Positions 1-12,600 of a DNA stretch of 64,000 nt are shown piece after piece. The position numbers were made by a program, and so were the translations under genes. Location: assembly GCA_964016885.1 (NCBI GenBank), contig OZ024743.1, forward strand, positions 194,742,001 through 194,806,000. Direction: 5' to 3'. Positions within the stretch are counted from its first letter, which is position 1; each line of letters begins with the position of its first letter. The stretch is from Eledone cirrhosa (Eukaryota). The notes below the pieces were generated by a model that did no database searches, was not told the origin of the DNA, and saw nothing but the letters and a program-made list of their open reading frames with translations.

Positions 1-1850
1 CGATGCATGGACAAGCCTCTATGCTCGGTTTCTATTGGCCAAATGTGCAGTGTGTGAAGTAATTTCGATTTTATTCCAGTACATATCGATCATATCATAT
101 AACATTCCATATTTCATAGTAATATGGTCAGTGTGCTGTTAATTTCAAATAATTTCTTGTTGCTATTAAACCACAATAAACAATTTTATTATTAATGTTC
201 TAACACTGGCTAGCGGAACAATTAATTCACCATTACATAAGATACCATCTTATATTTCAATGACGTACATGGCCAACAGGACAATTCAACCAATTAGTAA
301 TAAGAAAATTCCTATTAATATACCAGGCCAAATATTATCATTAGCGTTCTCCGACCTGTTCAACTGTTCTTTGAAACAGAGCTGGTAGTTTTAGATACAC
401 ATGGAAGACATGTCCATTATAAAAGACCCAACGGCAACTTTTATTGCTATCGAACACATCTCCATCTAATAATATACTCCTTTTAACTCCAACTGTGAAA
501 AATATTCTTTGCTATAAAGAAAATGAAATATCGATTGAATATTAGGAGTTTAGTAAAGATCTGAATCAATGTTTTTATTTCCACCTAATTCATAGTCTCC
601 ACATATTCTCTGATCAGCATCCACTTTTCGTACAACCAATAAAGGAGACTCCTATTTATCCCCTCTGGGAAGAACCTCTTCTATAAGACCTTCATTAATT
701 AGTTTTCTCAGCTTCGCTATGACTAATGGCTTAATTTGAATTGGTAATGGCTTTGCCTCAAAATAACATAGCCTGATATTTCCTTTGAGAAGAATGTTAG
801 TCTTAAAATCTCTTAATCCTCCAAATTGTCCCTGAGCTTCAATCTCATGAATTAATGTTCAACTATCAACTTTCATCACGTCCATACGAAGCAAGCCATG
901 ATTTTGTTTACATTCAGACACAACGACACTCTCAATACTTTCTATGCTGTTATCATTTCCCAATAATGCGCTGAAGTTTCGAAAAAATTCAACGAGTGAT
1001 GGATTAAATTGTTTTACTTTAAGATTACATTTACTTAATTACAGTTGATACAAATCAATCCAGAACTTCAGTTACCTCGATCTCTGCATATTATTTTTGT
1101 ATTTTAGTCCAATTTCATAAACAGCTACTAAATAATCATCAGCAATTAATTTAATTTCTGCGTCCATTTGTTGTTGTATAATTATATACTGCCTGGAAGT
1201 GAATTATTTAAATATTTAAAACACATTTTCCAAATGAAAATATGGTACAAGATCCACTAAAGTGATATTAGAATGAGATTGATACTGTTTTCTATCAACA
1301 TATGACACAGTGATATGATCAATATTATTCTAACTTTCAGTTTTGTTTGTCTTGTTGATCAACCATCTTAACTTTAGACAAAAACTTTCAAGCTCTTCAG
1401 TAAACACTGCATGCATTAAATCTTAGATCCGCTGCTTGAAGATATACTATTTTTTATAATGTTCATAACTATATTGTATATATATAATTGCATACCATTT
1501 ATGAGATCCCAATTAAGTTTCGAATTCCCATAAAACACTGACTCACGCAATCTCAAAATTCTAAAGGTTTGTGGGTGGGTGACGAACCGTTGACACAATC
1601 CCTTGTCTGATATATCTACACACGTATTCAGCGGTCTACAGAAACTACTTTGTATTGACAATCTACCAGAATTTGGCAAAACATCTGATATTTGTTTATT
1701 TTCGTTAGTGTACAGAATATCCTTCTTTCTTGCTGTAGCAAAGAAATATCGTAGACGAAGCCTTTGTCGTGTTTGAATCATCGACTGGCGTCATTGTCAT
1801 ATTCTATTCTATATATACCCACTCTCACCGTAGTCATCTGTGATCCTTTA
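1..1850 (-). pseudogene. Highly degraded Gypsy/Ty3 LTR-retrotransposon pol remnant
   Basis: Minus-strand translation through stops/frameshifts gives RT-like ...AKPLPIQIKPLVIAKLRKLINEGLIEEV...SPLLVVRKVDADQRICGDY... (~590-800), integrase-like DGILCNGELIVP and HIWPIETE (~20-260), and RNase H-like HKPLEF (~1560-1590). Confidence 0.55.
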
Positions 1851-4386
1851 AGTTCAGAAGTTTTATTCAATTGGATACCTCACCTAAGGCATTGAACTAT
1901 TAACGCCCTTACATATACTTAATTAGCATGCACAGTGCATGTGAGGTTACCTATATTATTATCATAACAATAACATCACTAGTAATTATATCACACCAAT
2001 TTTCAGATGAAAGTAAATTAACACACTAATGATAGGTGAACTAGATAAACAAATTCAATGTCTAAATATAACTTTATGGTAGGATCTAATGAGTTGTACT
2101 GCAAACATAAAAATAACTGGTCAACTATAAGGTTTTAGGTGTGATATTATAAACTCTTAAAGTTGATTTTCTGGTTTAGGTGCATGAACGTATGTATGTC
2201 CGGCGTATTTCATAATAATATATACAAGTGCATCTGATTATTAATCCATAAATTGATTGAGAGTTTCTGATGACCTAGACGTAATTTTCCATTAACATGT
2301 TTAATAGAACCGATAGATCTACTTGATTATAACGATTGACACATCTCTCTTTCAATCTATTTTCGTATTCCAGCAGAGAAAAATATACTCTCACATATAT
2401 ATGAAAAGAATAAATCAGATATATTTGAACTTTATCACAAACGAAATAAAAGACCAAGTTCCTCCGACTCAACTGGGTAAATAATGATTTCTCACGTGAA
2501 TACTAATCAAATATTTCTAGGGTGAAGATCTAATCGATTCAACTCAATTAGATGCATGATAATTATATTATAGTCCCCAGAGAAAAGAAAAGTAAAACAA
2601 ACTTCAATGGGAGATAATCGACCTGTTCTAGTTCATATTGTGATTGTTTTGATTTCATTATCTAACTATCCAAGTACATTTTGAGGGTGCACTAAATCTT
2701 TCTAAGTGGATGCTGTTACGGTTAACCCTAATTGCACTGGCTTACGATCAAAGGAATTTCAACTCTGTCATATCCTTTTCTGGAAACCCCAAGAGCACAT
2801 AATCCAATGTGCTCACATTTAAGACGGTAGGGTATGTTTGAGAGAGAATCCTATTTCTATTAATTAAAGTCTTCGGTGATTGATGCAAACTGTTGAGTTG
2901 GTGTGTGGTGTGGTGATGTTGCTTGAATAGATAATCTATAAGAAGTTTGTAAATGGTTCAGATGCTTTTAGTTTTGACAGCAACTTTGATAATTTTTCCT
3001 TTTATAAAGACATTTCCTTCCTACTTTTGGATTTGCAATTTCATTCTTTTAGCTCTTGTCTGTTTATATTATTTTTGTGTTTAGATTTCTGATGATATCC
3101 AACATCTTCTAAAAGTAGCTGAGGCAGCACGCTTTTACATTGTTTCTATTGATTTCGTCTATGTTTTAGTGATTAGGAAATGTCTACTGGTAAGCTATAT
3201 ATATAGATTCTTGTTACATTCCCTAGACAGCTTGTGCATTCCCTACACAGTGGCAACCTTTAGGTAAGTGCAGATTTCTTTACCTAACCTTAAAACAATC
3301 AGGAATAAATATGGACAGGACGCTATATGTTTATGTTACAAAACCTAGCTTATACCTGATGGCTTGTTATGTTAAAAAGAACAAACCGACTTCTCCCAAC
3401 ACCACATAATATCGTGAAAAAGAATATTTTGGAATATTTTGGATAATATATTTCTGGATATATTGTCTGAAAATAAGATGAAATGTCATGGCTGGAATGC
3501 TTAAACTACTATTTGCTTGTACTGATGCATATATTCATACGTAGAAACATTCACGTCTGCCAGTTTTAATGTGTTTCTATCCACTGATGTGGTTGTGTAT
3601 GTACATAAGTTGATGTCTTTCCTGTCACTGCGTGTGGAAGAAAACTCGAAAGTAAAAAATCATGGTAAGAGCTTGTTCAAATTAGTCTTTGCCTACTTTA
3701 TAAAGAAAAAAAAAAAAAAATAAATGCCTGGCGGAATTTCACTTTAGTGCCACCTTCAGAAACTAATGGTCAAGACAGCTCATCTTTCCTTATATATCCC
3801 TCCCTTTTCCTAACAGTTGGCATTCAAGGATATTGGTTGTATATATATATATGATTCTGCGGTGCACTAATCATTTTATGTTTGTTCATAAGCAAATTGT
3901 TTCATTCTTACAATGAAACCTATAGGAAAACAGAATGAATTATCTCTTGAGTGAAATAATGTTGTTTCAGAGTGTTTACCAAGAAATGTTTGACAAGGCA
4001 GCTTGAAATGTTTTGCAAAAAACATCAGGAAACAATCAATTGTTGAATTCATGAAATCCGACACTAGAACAAAACTGACCTTTAATTCTACACACATATA
4101 GAAAGGTTTGCAATATTTTCGTAGTCTTATGCAGTAAAACATGAGATATTAAAAAATATATATATTATTTTACATATGTTCTCAATAAATCCAGGCATGG
4201 CTTTGTTGTTAAGCATTTGCATCATAACCACAAGATTCCAAGCTCACTCCCAATATGTGGCACCTTCAGCTATAGTCTTCTACTATACCTACTGTTGGAG
4301 TAATGTATGTTAAGTGAAATTCGATAGACGTAAACTGATGGACTCCATTTTATATATATATGTATGTATGTGTGTGTGTGTGTGTG

Positions 4387-4567
4387 TAGAAATGGCTTCT
4401 ACAGGACTAGAACTGTTTCATTCGGAGGAATCATCAGGAAAGCCCTGATGATTTCCTTCGAATGGAACAGTGCTAGTCCTGTAGAAGCCATTTCTATATC
4501 AAATATTTATACTCTGCTATGTATTGAGTCCCTTACTTACTGTGGTTACCGCCGATTGAACCCGGGA
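4387..4567. mobile_element. Palindromic Penelope-like pseudo-LTR remnant containing two head-to-head hammerhead motifs
   Basis: Inverted arms 4387-4437 / 4445-4496. The minus strand 4444-4394 reads ggctttc-CTGATGA-ttc.ctcc.gaa.t-GAAA-cag...ctg-TA-gaagcc. Flanked by (TG)n and (TA)n. Confidence 0.65.
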
Positions 4568-5196
4568 TATATATATATATAATATATGCATGCGCATGTA
4601 TGTGTTTGTGTGAAGATTACTTTAAATACCCTAAAACCAAAAGGATTTGGATACGGTGCCTAGTGGTAAGAGTGTTGGGTTCAATTCCTGACCTGAGTTG
4701 TTTTACTCTGAATCGCTTCAAGCAATGAAACCAGGATATGCACCAGCCTAACGAGCCTTAAATTGATTAAGACAGACTTTAGTGTGTGTGAGTATTTGAT
4801 TGGGTGTATGTTTATGTTGTGTGTGTGTGCCTGTCTATGTCTGTGGAGCTACGACATGACCGTTGTCAAATGACTGAAACCAGTAACGGAATAAACGAAT
4901 GTTATGGTTTGGTTTGTGCCCGCACCATTCGTAGACCATCTAAATCTTATGAAATCGATTATATATTATATGAAACATTTTCAAACCACGTAAACAGTCC
5001 TATCTTTGTGAAGTAATTTTAGCTATGTTTTATATGTGAAATCATCCGGACACATAATCAATGATGAGGACATGTGTTGTAATTGTGTGTTTTCTTATTG
5101 TTGAATGCGGCAGGATTGGTATGCTCCCATTGAAGATTATTTTGGAAATAACTGTTCGGGAACATCATGAATTATATATTAATATATTCTACATGT

Positions 5197-5445
5197 GAAG
5201 ACGCGTGGCTGTGTGGTTAGATAAATGGATTCGCAATCGTATGGTTGGGATTTAGATTCCCGGACAGGACGATGCATTTTGTCCTTGAGCAATACAATTT
5301 ATTTCACGTTGCTCCTTCTGCATAGATTTGCAACCGGCAGGTAGTATTAACAATTGGAAAGACCAATGGAAACATTGCTTCCTCGGTCCGATTTGACTAG
5401 CTCCACCCCACTCCTTAAGCGAATGAGTTCTGGCATCTTGACAAT
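5197..5445 (+). mobile_element. tRNA-derived CORE-type SINE
   Basis: A-box-like gcgtggctgtgtggttag, B-box-like gattccc, and CORE-like tgtccttgagcaatacaatttatttcac. The 3' part matches 19915-20150. Confidence 0.65.
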
Positions 5446-5984
5446 CGACTGTCGATATTCTATTTTTAGTTTCAATTTAGGATGTATTTCGTTAAGTATG
5501 AATAGATTTCATTTGAAATTGTACTGGTTTTTTTGGTACGCTTGCATATCTCTCTGATTTAAATATAATCCCCCCACTTTAGTTGTGTATGTAACGCATA
5601 TGAAACATAGAAAAACGTCAGTAGCCTGTAACGAAATATTATTGTTATTTTGTTGGGGGGTTTTAACAATGCATGACATGTTTTTTCCTATTTCTTCCCT
5701 TCGGTTATATTCTCGACGTCCTCAATAAAGACATTAAAGTAAGAAACTACTATTCAGTCTGTTCTAAAAATCACAGGCGTTATGCCTATGCAGAAAAACC
5801 AAATAAAATAGAAATAAATAATATAATGTTACATAAAACCATTGAAGTAGCAGCTTACAGTTGTAATGTAATTGTATATGTTCAGTGAACGGAGTCCACC
5901 ATATGGTTTGAATTCTGAGCAGAAGTTGGACAACATTTCTGTGCTGGCGCTAAGAATACAAACCAAAGCACATTTAGTATAAAC

Positions 5985-6250
5985 ACCAAGAGTGGTCTAG
6001 TGGTTAGGGTGTCGAACTAAGGAATATAATGCCGTGGTTTCGATTCCTGGATCGCGCGGCACGTTGTATTCGGGGTAAAAACAACTAGTTTTGTGTTGCT
6101 CCAGTACAGTCAGCTGGAAATGCGTACTGAGACTAGTTTGGGATTAAACCTGGTGTCCTATCCATGTGGCACGAATCTTAAACTCACAGTGGCTTGACAC
6201 TGATGAAACTGAGATAAACAATGATCCGATGGACCTAAGCTCTTGGAAAC
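5985..6250 (+). mobile_element. tRNA-derived CORE-type SINE (degenerate)
   Basis: agtggtctagtggttagg ... ggtttcgattcctgg A/B boxes followed by gttgctccagtacagtcagctg. Confidence 0.55.
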
Positions 6251-6607
6251 AAAAGGAAAAAATAATATAAATTTGTAGTGTTTATCACGCCACACGACTT
6301 AATATTTTGGATGTGGTTTGTGGAGTTCGCTATATTGTAATTAATCAGGCGAGATTTTTGTCTCTCTCTCTCTCACCGCAACAGAGATATTAACATTGAG
6401 TATGAAACATATGAATCGTATCTGTTTGGCATGGCATACAAACGCCTATGGAATTGAAACTGCCCACTTATGTAATTTGTAAACAAAACAAAATCATTTT
6501 TATAAACTATGAAGCACCGGTCCTGTAAAAAACAATGAACTTCATACAAGCATAGGAATTATAGGAATTCATGTGATTGTCTTTGTACAGTGTACCAATT
6601 TTTGTGG

Positions 6608-7120
6608 TCTTCTTCTTCTTCTTCTTCTTCTTCTTCTTCTTCTTCTTCTTCTTCTTCTTCTTCTTCTTCTTCGTTCACTTACTCTGAGGATCGTGTAGAC
6701 AGAGTCCTCAGGCTCGCCTTTCAGAAGATTTTGTCAGAAACAATCGCCTCCAATTGATACGGCTTGATCCCCAAGCAAGACCAACATATCTCATTGATTT
6801 ATGCAACCATTTTGCTTGTGGTTATTCTGGTGGTTGGTTCTGCCAGTAAAATATGGTCAGCTATTCTTTTCTTCGACATTCTAACCGTAATATCGGAACT
6901 GTGATATCCCAATTTGTAGAAGTAGCAGTTCTACCTGGAGCGATTCTCTGATCTCCGAGCTACATACCCTACAGAATAACATTACTCCAAAGACACCTCA
7001 GAGGATGCTCATTTCGGTCGCTTGTATCCAAAATCCTGTTCATTCAGCCATTACCCGTAGATGTTGTGTATCCTAAGACCCAAATGAGAGTCCAAAAGAG
7101 AGTAAACGTTAACGTTAACT
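6608..7120 (-). mobile_element. RTE-type LINE 3' fragment with (GAA)n tail
   Basis: (TTC)n at 6608-6672 adjoins a sequence homologous to 43289-43680 and 51672-52200 (cagagtcctca...gatccccaagcaagacca). Confidence 0.6.
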
Positions 7121-8016
7121 TGCTGCTGAAAAGATTTAACAATAATATCGAATGTTTCCAGTAAATACCAATACAGAGCAAACGTAGGTTGTACAATAAT
7201 AGAACGATATAATATCATTGAAAACTTAATTCTTTACTATTTTTCAGTGCTTCATAAGTATTTTAAGTAAGTTCAGTTATATAATTTAAAATGGTGTAAA
7301 ACATAAAGTTGAGGAGTCAGAGATTGTAGTAAAATCTACATATTGTAACGGCAGATCAAGAGCCGCGTTCTTAGCTGGTGACTATAGAAAGATACTGGAA
7401 CAAATGTCATTTTACGTGCGTACTTGTATGTGCATTGTTAAAATGTTACATATGGAAGTATTTGAGCATATGTATTCGTTTCTGTAGAATGCGGCGTTTA
7501 TCTGTTCATGAATATTTCATGGTTACACTATATTTAAAAACAATGATCGAGAATTACAATAAGAGGTTGGGGTTGTTAAATAAAATCTATTTTCTTTATC
7601 ATACTTTCTAACTGCAATTTGTATCCTGGTAGACTGATAAGGAAGTTTTTCCGCAAAGGAATTTTATTCAAAAGAATCTTGGCTACAAGGAGTTTGCTTA
7701 TTGTAAAACTGAAGAAAACCATCCTTTGTATGTATGTTTAATAAACTTTGGTAATATTTTGTAATCATTGAAGGACTAGAGATATATTTTCTCTTTGTTT
7801 TGCTTTAGTTTTTACTTTCCAGCTAATCTTGGTATATTTTAAGTGTAAAGGAGATAAGTAGATTTTTATGTAACTTATATTCAATTTAAAATATTTTTTG
7901 ACAAAGAACACGTCTATTGCTGCAACGCAAACACTGAAAACAATGATTCCATAGTCACGAAGAAAAACTGGTGACTTAGTTCCTTATACTATTTCAGACT
8001 AGTATATACTGGTACA

Positions 8017-8705
<689 letters not shown>

Positions 8706-9235
8706 TAAAGTATGTCCATAGAATCATTTGATAAAATATATATACCATTCCTCTTCCAATTAGCATAATTAACAACATAAAAAATCAATTAGTCCAGGCT
8801 TTAAGAATAAAGGCTCCTATGTAGAAATATTTGATAAATAAAGGAAAGCAGCCTCTTCGCGGCCGACCGCAATACAATGTTTACCCAACATTTCAACAGC
8901 ATGTAGAAATCGACTAAATATACAGTCAACCATACACAATCAGGTATACATTTAAAGTTAGAAGAAATTCGTACACTCTTAACGTGATTATGTCTCTACC
9001 CTGGGTGCCGTTCGCGTTGTGAGATATCCTATTAAGGATAAAATCTCGAGTTTCGAACTCATCACGAGATAAACTCATAGGACAGTTCATTTTCCAAAGC
9101 GATCCCCGCCAGAAATAGATTCAAAAATGGCAAAGAATCGTGACGTGGCAGTGGTCAAGTTAGAAAGAATGTGTGTGATTAGTTGCTTACGGCTAGTGGG
9201 CTGGTTGCTAGAAAGCATACATATTTATATGTATG

Positions 9236-9362
<127 letters not shown>

Positions 9363-9632
9363 CAAGAGTAACAAATCTTAAAGAGAGAGATAGAGATAGG
9401 AGAGGAGATATGAGAGGAGAGATTTGTGAATTAGTTAGAAGCCAACGCGTAAAGGCATGTGCTGAATGTGCAATATGTAGTAGAAAGAAGCTTGGTGGCT
9501 GGGTTCATGCAGAAGTTAGGTGCGCAGAGCTGGAAATATTCATTAGTTAAGCAAAGCAAGACCAAAACTTTCACAAGGAACACATTATTAAAAGATTGTC
9601 AACATATTTTAGTTTGATGTAAGGAATGTAGA

Positions 9633-9635
<3 letters not shown>

Positions 9636-9672
<37 letters not shown>
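9636..9672. repeat. (TAA)n microsatellite at the 3' flank of the Tx1-like LINE
   Basis: Direct read; the partner tract is at 15528-15596. Confidence 0.95.
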
Positions 9673-9673
<1 letters not shown>

Positions 9674-12600
9674 TTTTCTTTATTAACCACAAGGGTTTAC
9701 ATAAAGTAGACATTAAGGACAGTACAGGACAATACAGGACGGTACAAATGGGCATTTCTGCGTGTAAAAAAACAGAGGATGTAATAAAATAACAAAGAAA
9801 AATGCCCCAATATGTGGGAGACTTCCGAGGGACATTTGTGGAGAAAACCCATTAAAAGACCACAGTGACCCTGACCAACAGGGCAAGTGCCCTCTCCCAG
9901 TTTTCCACCTTTAATTTACAGACACATACTCAGAGAAGGCCCATTCATTCGGGCCATACTTGATTCTTCAACAAAATGCTGGGAAGAGAGCACTTCCCTC
10001 TCTACCCTGATTTTCCATTTCAAATGAAATTTGAAAAAGTTAATCAGGGCATCACCGAAGAGGTAAGTGCTCGCCTTCAGCCCTTTCAAACGTGTCCACC
10101 ATACTATCTCTTTCGCCATGTCCACCAGACAGATAAAAACTGCCTGCCCTTCCCGGCTAAAGGAAGAGGGCGGGGAAATCCTCACGATGGACTCAGCTGG
10201 TTGCTGGATCCGTCCTACACGTGACAGCAGGTGTTCGACATAAACCCACAAGTCAGCAATGCTGGGACACTGGACGAGTGCGTGCAGGACGGTTTCGTCA
10301 CCCTGTGCGCATCTCGGACATGCCCGGCTGACGGCACCTACATGCCTGTAGAGTTTATCCCGAACTGGCAAAGCTCCTCGGTAGCACTGCCAGGCCAGGG
10401 ATTTCTGGAAGTTGTCCATAGGCCCCGGCCCGAAAGTCCTTCCGAAGAGATTGGCTAGTTGATTTTCGTCGAGGCCTAGAGTTTCTCCAAGTACGTCGTC
10501 GCTCTTCCCCTCCATTAATCCCCTATAGAACGCCAAGGTGGAGTTTCCACCGATCACATTGCCCGATTGGTCGAGGGCTGTGAGCGCCTGAAGACATTCC
10601 AGTCTCCAAGCGCTCCCTCTCGGTCTTCGCTTGACCCAGGACTGCAGCTCCGTCAACGAAACGAGCTGGGTAAAAACGTGTCTAGCAAACGGCGACCACA
10701 CATGATCACCGTCGAGGAAGAGGTGGAGATGCGTAGCCTGAGCGCGTGTCATCAGCCACGGCTTGCCCAGCCCTCCGCGTAGCGGGTGTTGACAGCAGAT
10801 GGACCGCCTGACCATCGGAGCGCGTCCCTTCCACAAGAAGCGAAAGAGCAAACGCTCCAGCGCAGTCAGGCGGGGCTTTGGACAAGGTACGACGGTCAGG
10901 CGGTAGTAGATGACGGACGCGATGTACGCGTTAGCCACCCCCGCTCGACCTTTCAGGGATAGCTTCCTCTCGGCCCATTTCTGGGTGAGAGAAGCCACCC
11001 TGCTCGTCACCTCGTCCCAGTTTTTGTCCGTTTGGAGGTCTGGACCGAACCAGATCTCTAGCAATTTAACCGGTCCGTCCGTCCAGCGCCCGACGACGCT
11101 GTTGGACGGCATGGACCTGCCTCTCCAGGTGCCGAGCTGCAGGCCCACTGACTTTTCCTGGTTGATCATTTCTCCTGTTACCGCTTCGTATTCTCTTAGT
11201 GTAGTGCCGATCGCCTCGATGTGTTTGGCGTTCGACACCACTACGGTGACATCGTCCGCATATGCTGACACGGATCTTCCGCATCCTAGTTCGCGCGGGA
11301 CCCCCCTCAACGTCTCCAGTTTGTGCAGTAATGACTCGAGAGTCAATACGTACAATTGGGACGAGAGGGGACATCCTTGCCGACCGACCGCATGATGTTG
11401 AACGGTTCCGAAAGGTGACCGTTCACTCTCACTACAGAGCAGATGTCGCTGTGCATGGCAGCGATCCAGTCTCTGAAGACGGGCCCAAAGCCAGCCGCCC
11501 TCAGGACTGCCGCTAGGTAACGATGGTCGACCCTATCGAAGGCTTTCGACTGATCTAAATTGATCAAAGACCCACCCGTCCCAGGTTCCCTAGCGACCCT
11601 CTCTAGATGTATCGCATGAGGTGGAGGTTGTCGTGGATGGATCTGTCGGGAATGGCGCATGTCTGTGCCTCTCCCACCAGACCACCAACGACAAGCGCAC
11701 ACCTCTTTGCTAGCACCTTGGCCAAAATCTTGAACTCTGTGTTTAGCAGAGTTATAGGCCTAAAATTATCTATGTTATCCCCCTTGTTCGGATCCTTTCT
11801 CAGCAGCGCCACCGCTCCTCGGCTCACAGAGCTGGGAATTCTCTCGTTCTGTTGCCAGTTGCAGTAGACGTCCGCCAATAGGCCTCCGAAAAAGTCTGGC
11901 ATTTGTACGTAAAGTTCATAGGGCAGACCATCCAAACCAGGCGATTTACCCTTTGTGCAGCCAGTCAATGCCTCCCGTACTTCAGCGGTTGTTATCGGCT
12001 TTTCGCAACACTCCGCCTCAGTGGCCGAAAGCCGCGGCAGTCCGTCGAGGTAGACACTAAAATCCATCCCTCGATCCGGCCCGGCACTGCCCCCGAACAG
12101 TTGAGCGAAGTGTCGCTGAAAAGCTTCAAACATTTGCCCGGGATCGAGTAGCATGCGCCGGTCGTGGTCCACCAAAGACCGGATCGTGGCTTTGTTGCCA
12201 CGACGCGCCTCCACCACTCGGGCCCATTGAACGGCTTTCGTCCCCTCGTGTCTGAGAGCACGCACCCTAGCTTTGACAACGCAGCCTTCGTGCCTTGCAT
12301 TGAAGAATTGGTCAAGGACCAATTTCGCCGCTAAGCGCCTCGTCTAATTTTCTAACTAATTCTCCCTCTGCTCCATTTTTCTCTATTGCTAAAGCCTTAC
12401 TAAACCTAATGTCTCTATTCTAATTGCTCTTTTCAGAGCAAACCACCAATTGTTGTTGACGATGGCCCCCGTCAACGCCCGCGTAACTAGTTCGCTAATC
12501 CGGTCTCTGTAGCCCTTGCGCGCTGGTAAGGACGCGTTTAGCTTCGAGTAGCCGGGTCCTCGTCTATGAAGCCTATCTAGGTCAAGCACACAGATTACGA

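Noticed and set aside
9043-9070. Minus-strand atctc-gtgatga-gttc-gaaa-ctc-gagat, an ultra-minimal hammerhead look-alike
   Set aside because: C3 is G without compensation, stems II and III are essentially absent, and a simple hairpin explains it.
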